A model generated the notes under the pieces. The model had not been told where the DNA came from, searched no databases, and was given only the letters and a program-made list of their open reading frames with translations. Shown in pieces: positions 62,935 through 64,000 of a stretch of DNA of 64,000 bases; position 1 is the first letter of the stretch, and every line of letters starts with the position of its first letter. Position numbers and translations under genes: made by a program. The stretch lies in the NCBI GenBank assembly GCA_965153285.1, contig OZ229110.1; one strand, written 5' to 3'. This DNA comes from Podarcis tiliguerta (Eukaryota).

Positions 62935-63922
62935 CTCCAGTCAGCATCTGCTTGTTAATATAAACTTGTTACGGGGGCGGGGGGGAGGGAGCTACAATCT
63001 GCGGACTACTTTTCCTTTGTGTTCCTTTTCAATCCCAGCCTAGACTTGCTACCACCCTTGCATCACATTCATATATAAGGGAAATGTCTTCTTAGTGGCT
63101 GCCCTGGAGGTCTGTGGCTGCCTGCCTTTAGAAATACATCAGAGGCAAAGCAATTTCTGCCTAGTGGAGCCAAAATGGAACAAATTGTGCTCAATTATTG
63201 ACCCCTGGAAGATAGCTGTGAACACTGACACCAAAACAAATTAAGTTTGAATTGGCCATTCACATTTGTTTATTAAAGATTTTATTTTGCATTTCTTCTT
63301 AAATCCAAGATCAAAGCAATTCTTCTTTTCATGATCAGGATCCTAAAATTCTGCTAAACGCTGCTCACAATGTAATTCCTGAAAAAGTTGCATGACCAAT
63401 GTATTCGGAGACAGCATTTTGAATTTCGTGAAAATCAGTTTAAGGCATTTGTGTATGGGCTAAAATAGATGATGGGGCCTAACACTACTATTTACTGTGA
63501 TAAAGCAGTTTCCTACCATTTTTATGTAGACAAAAATCTACATAAAAATAAAAATATTTTGAAGGTAACTTAAAAATGATTTACAGAGGAAAGCAGTTAA
63601 TTCTGGACTTTACTGACTTATGAAAAACTGTTATTGAAAAAAGCAGAACTAAACCATCTCATGAAATGTTTGCTGGAGGAACTGTCTGGCTTGGGAAGTC
63701 TGAAAGAGGTATTACCTCTGGAATGACTAGTGATATTCAAGGCAACAGTAAGCTCAACAGCTACACACCTCACAACCAGTGTTTGGCTCCTACAATTAAG
63801 GGCAAATCATTCTAGAGCTCACAGTCATGGAGATTTATTTCCAGATGAGTCACTAGAGGGCACCAGCAAACTCCTAATGGATGCACATTATGAAATTAAG
63901 TGTGAAATTACTTCTGCAATAC

Positions 63923-64000
63923 CTGCGTACAACACAGCCTCAATGCGGTCTTTGATATGCTCCGGGCTGCTTCCAGGTGCAACTGTGGATGTGCCATTCG
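63923..64000 (-). CDS. SLC49A4: SLC49A4/DIRC2 exon 3 (3' part; truncated by window end)
   Basis: Minus strand reads (P)NGTSTVAPGSSPEHIKDRIEAVLYA, then G|gtattg donor (phase 1). Matches DIRC2 HIKDRIEAVLYAE and keeps the NGT N-glycosylation sequon. Confidence 0.93.

Noticed and set aside
1-64000. CRISPR arrays, operons, rRNA genes, intact transposase or reverse transcriptase, endogenous viral genes
   Set aside because: None seen; this is eukaryotic intron-rich DNA with only non-autonomous or truncated elements.

Overview
Vertebrate genomic DNA from a squamate, most likely a lacertid lizard (inferred from a Sauria SINE, tRNA-Lys/CR1 SINEs and lizard-type MITEs). The ORF track is mostly noise because the real genes are spliced. 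Two genes lie tail-to-tail. On the + strand is the last coding exon of SEMA5B (7119-7274), with a probable long 3' UTR to about 11.9-12.1 kb. On the - strand are the seven 3'-most coding exons of SLC49A4/DIRC2, a lysosomal MFS transporter: 64000-63923 (cut by the window edge), 59838-59709, 52544-52436, 51871-51804, 46314-46187, 29608-29426 and 26708-26593. All have GT-AG borders and compatible phases. Exon numbers 3-9 are by analogy to the human gene, and the SLC49A4-SEMA5B adjacency matches mammalian synteny. The rest is intron or intergenic DNA with Tc1/mariner-pogo MITEs (Tigger-like and Tc2-like), hAT MITEs, SINEs, CR1 and L2 fragments, microsatellites, enhancer-like blocks and one 169-N gap. 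I cannot demonstrate a new biological system. The best leads are: (1) an orphan 59-bp-arm fold-back at 55173-55330; (2) opposite-orientation young MITEs bracketing a frame-symmetric 177-nt exon pair, a candidate stop-less circRNA; (3) a Tc2-like MITE inserted in the TTAAGTACTTAA palindrome of another MITE about 70 bp from a splice acceptor; (4) possible long 3' UTRs and SEMA5B enhancers hosted in SLC49A4 introns.
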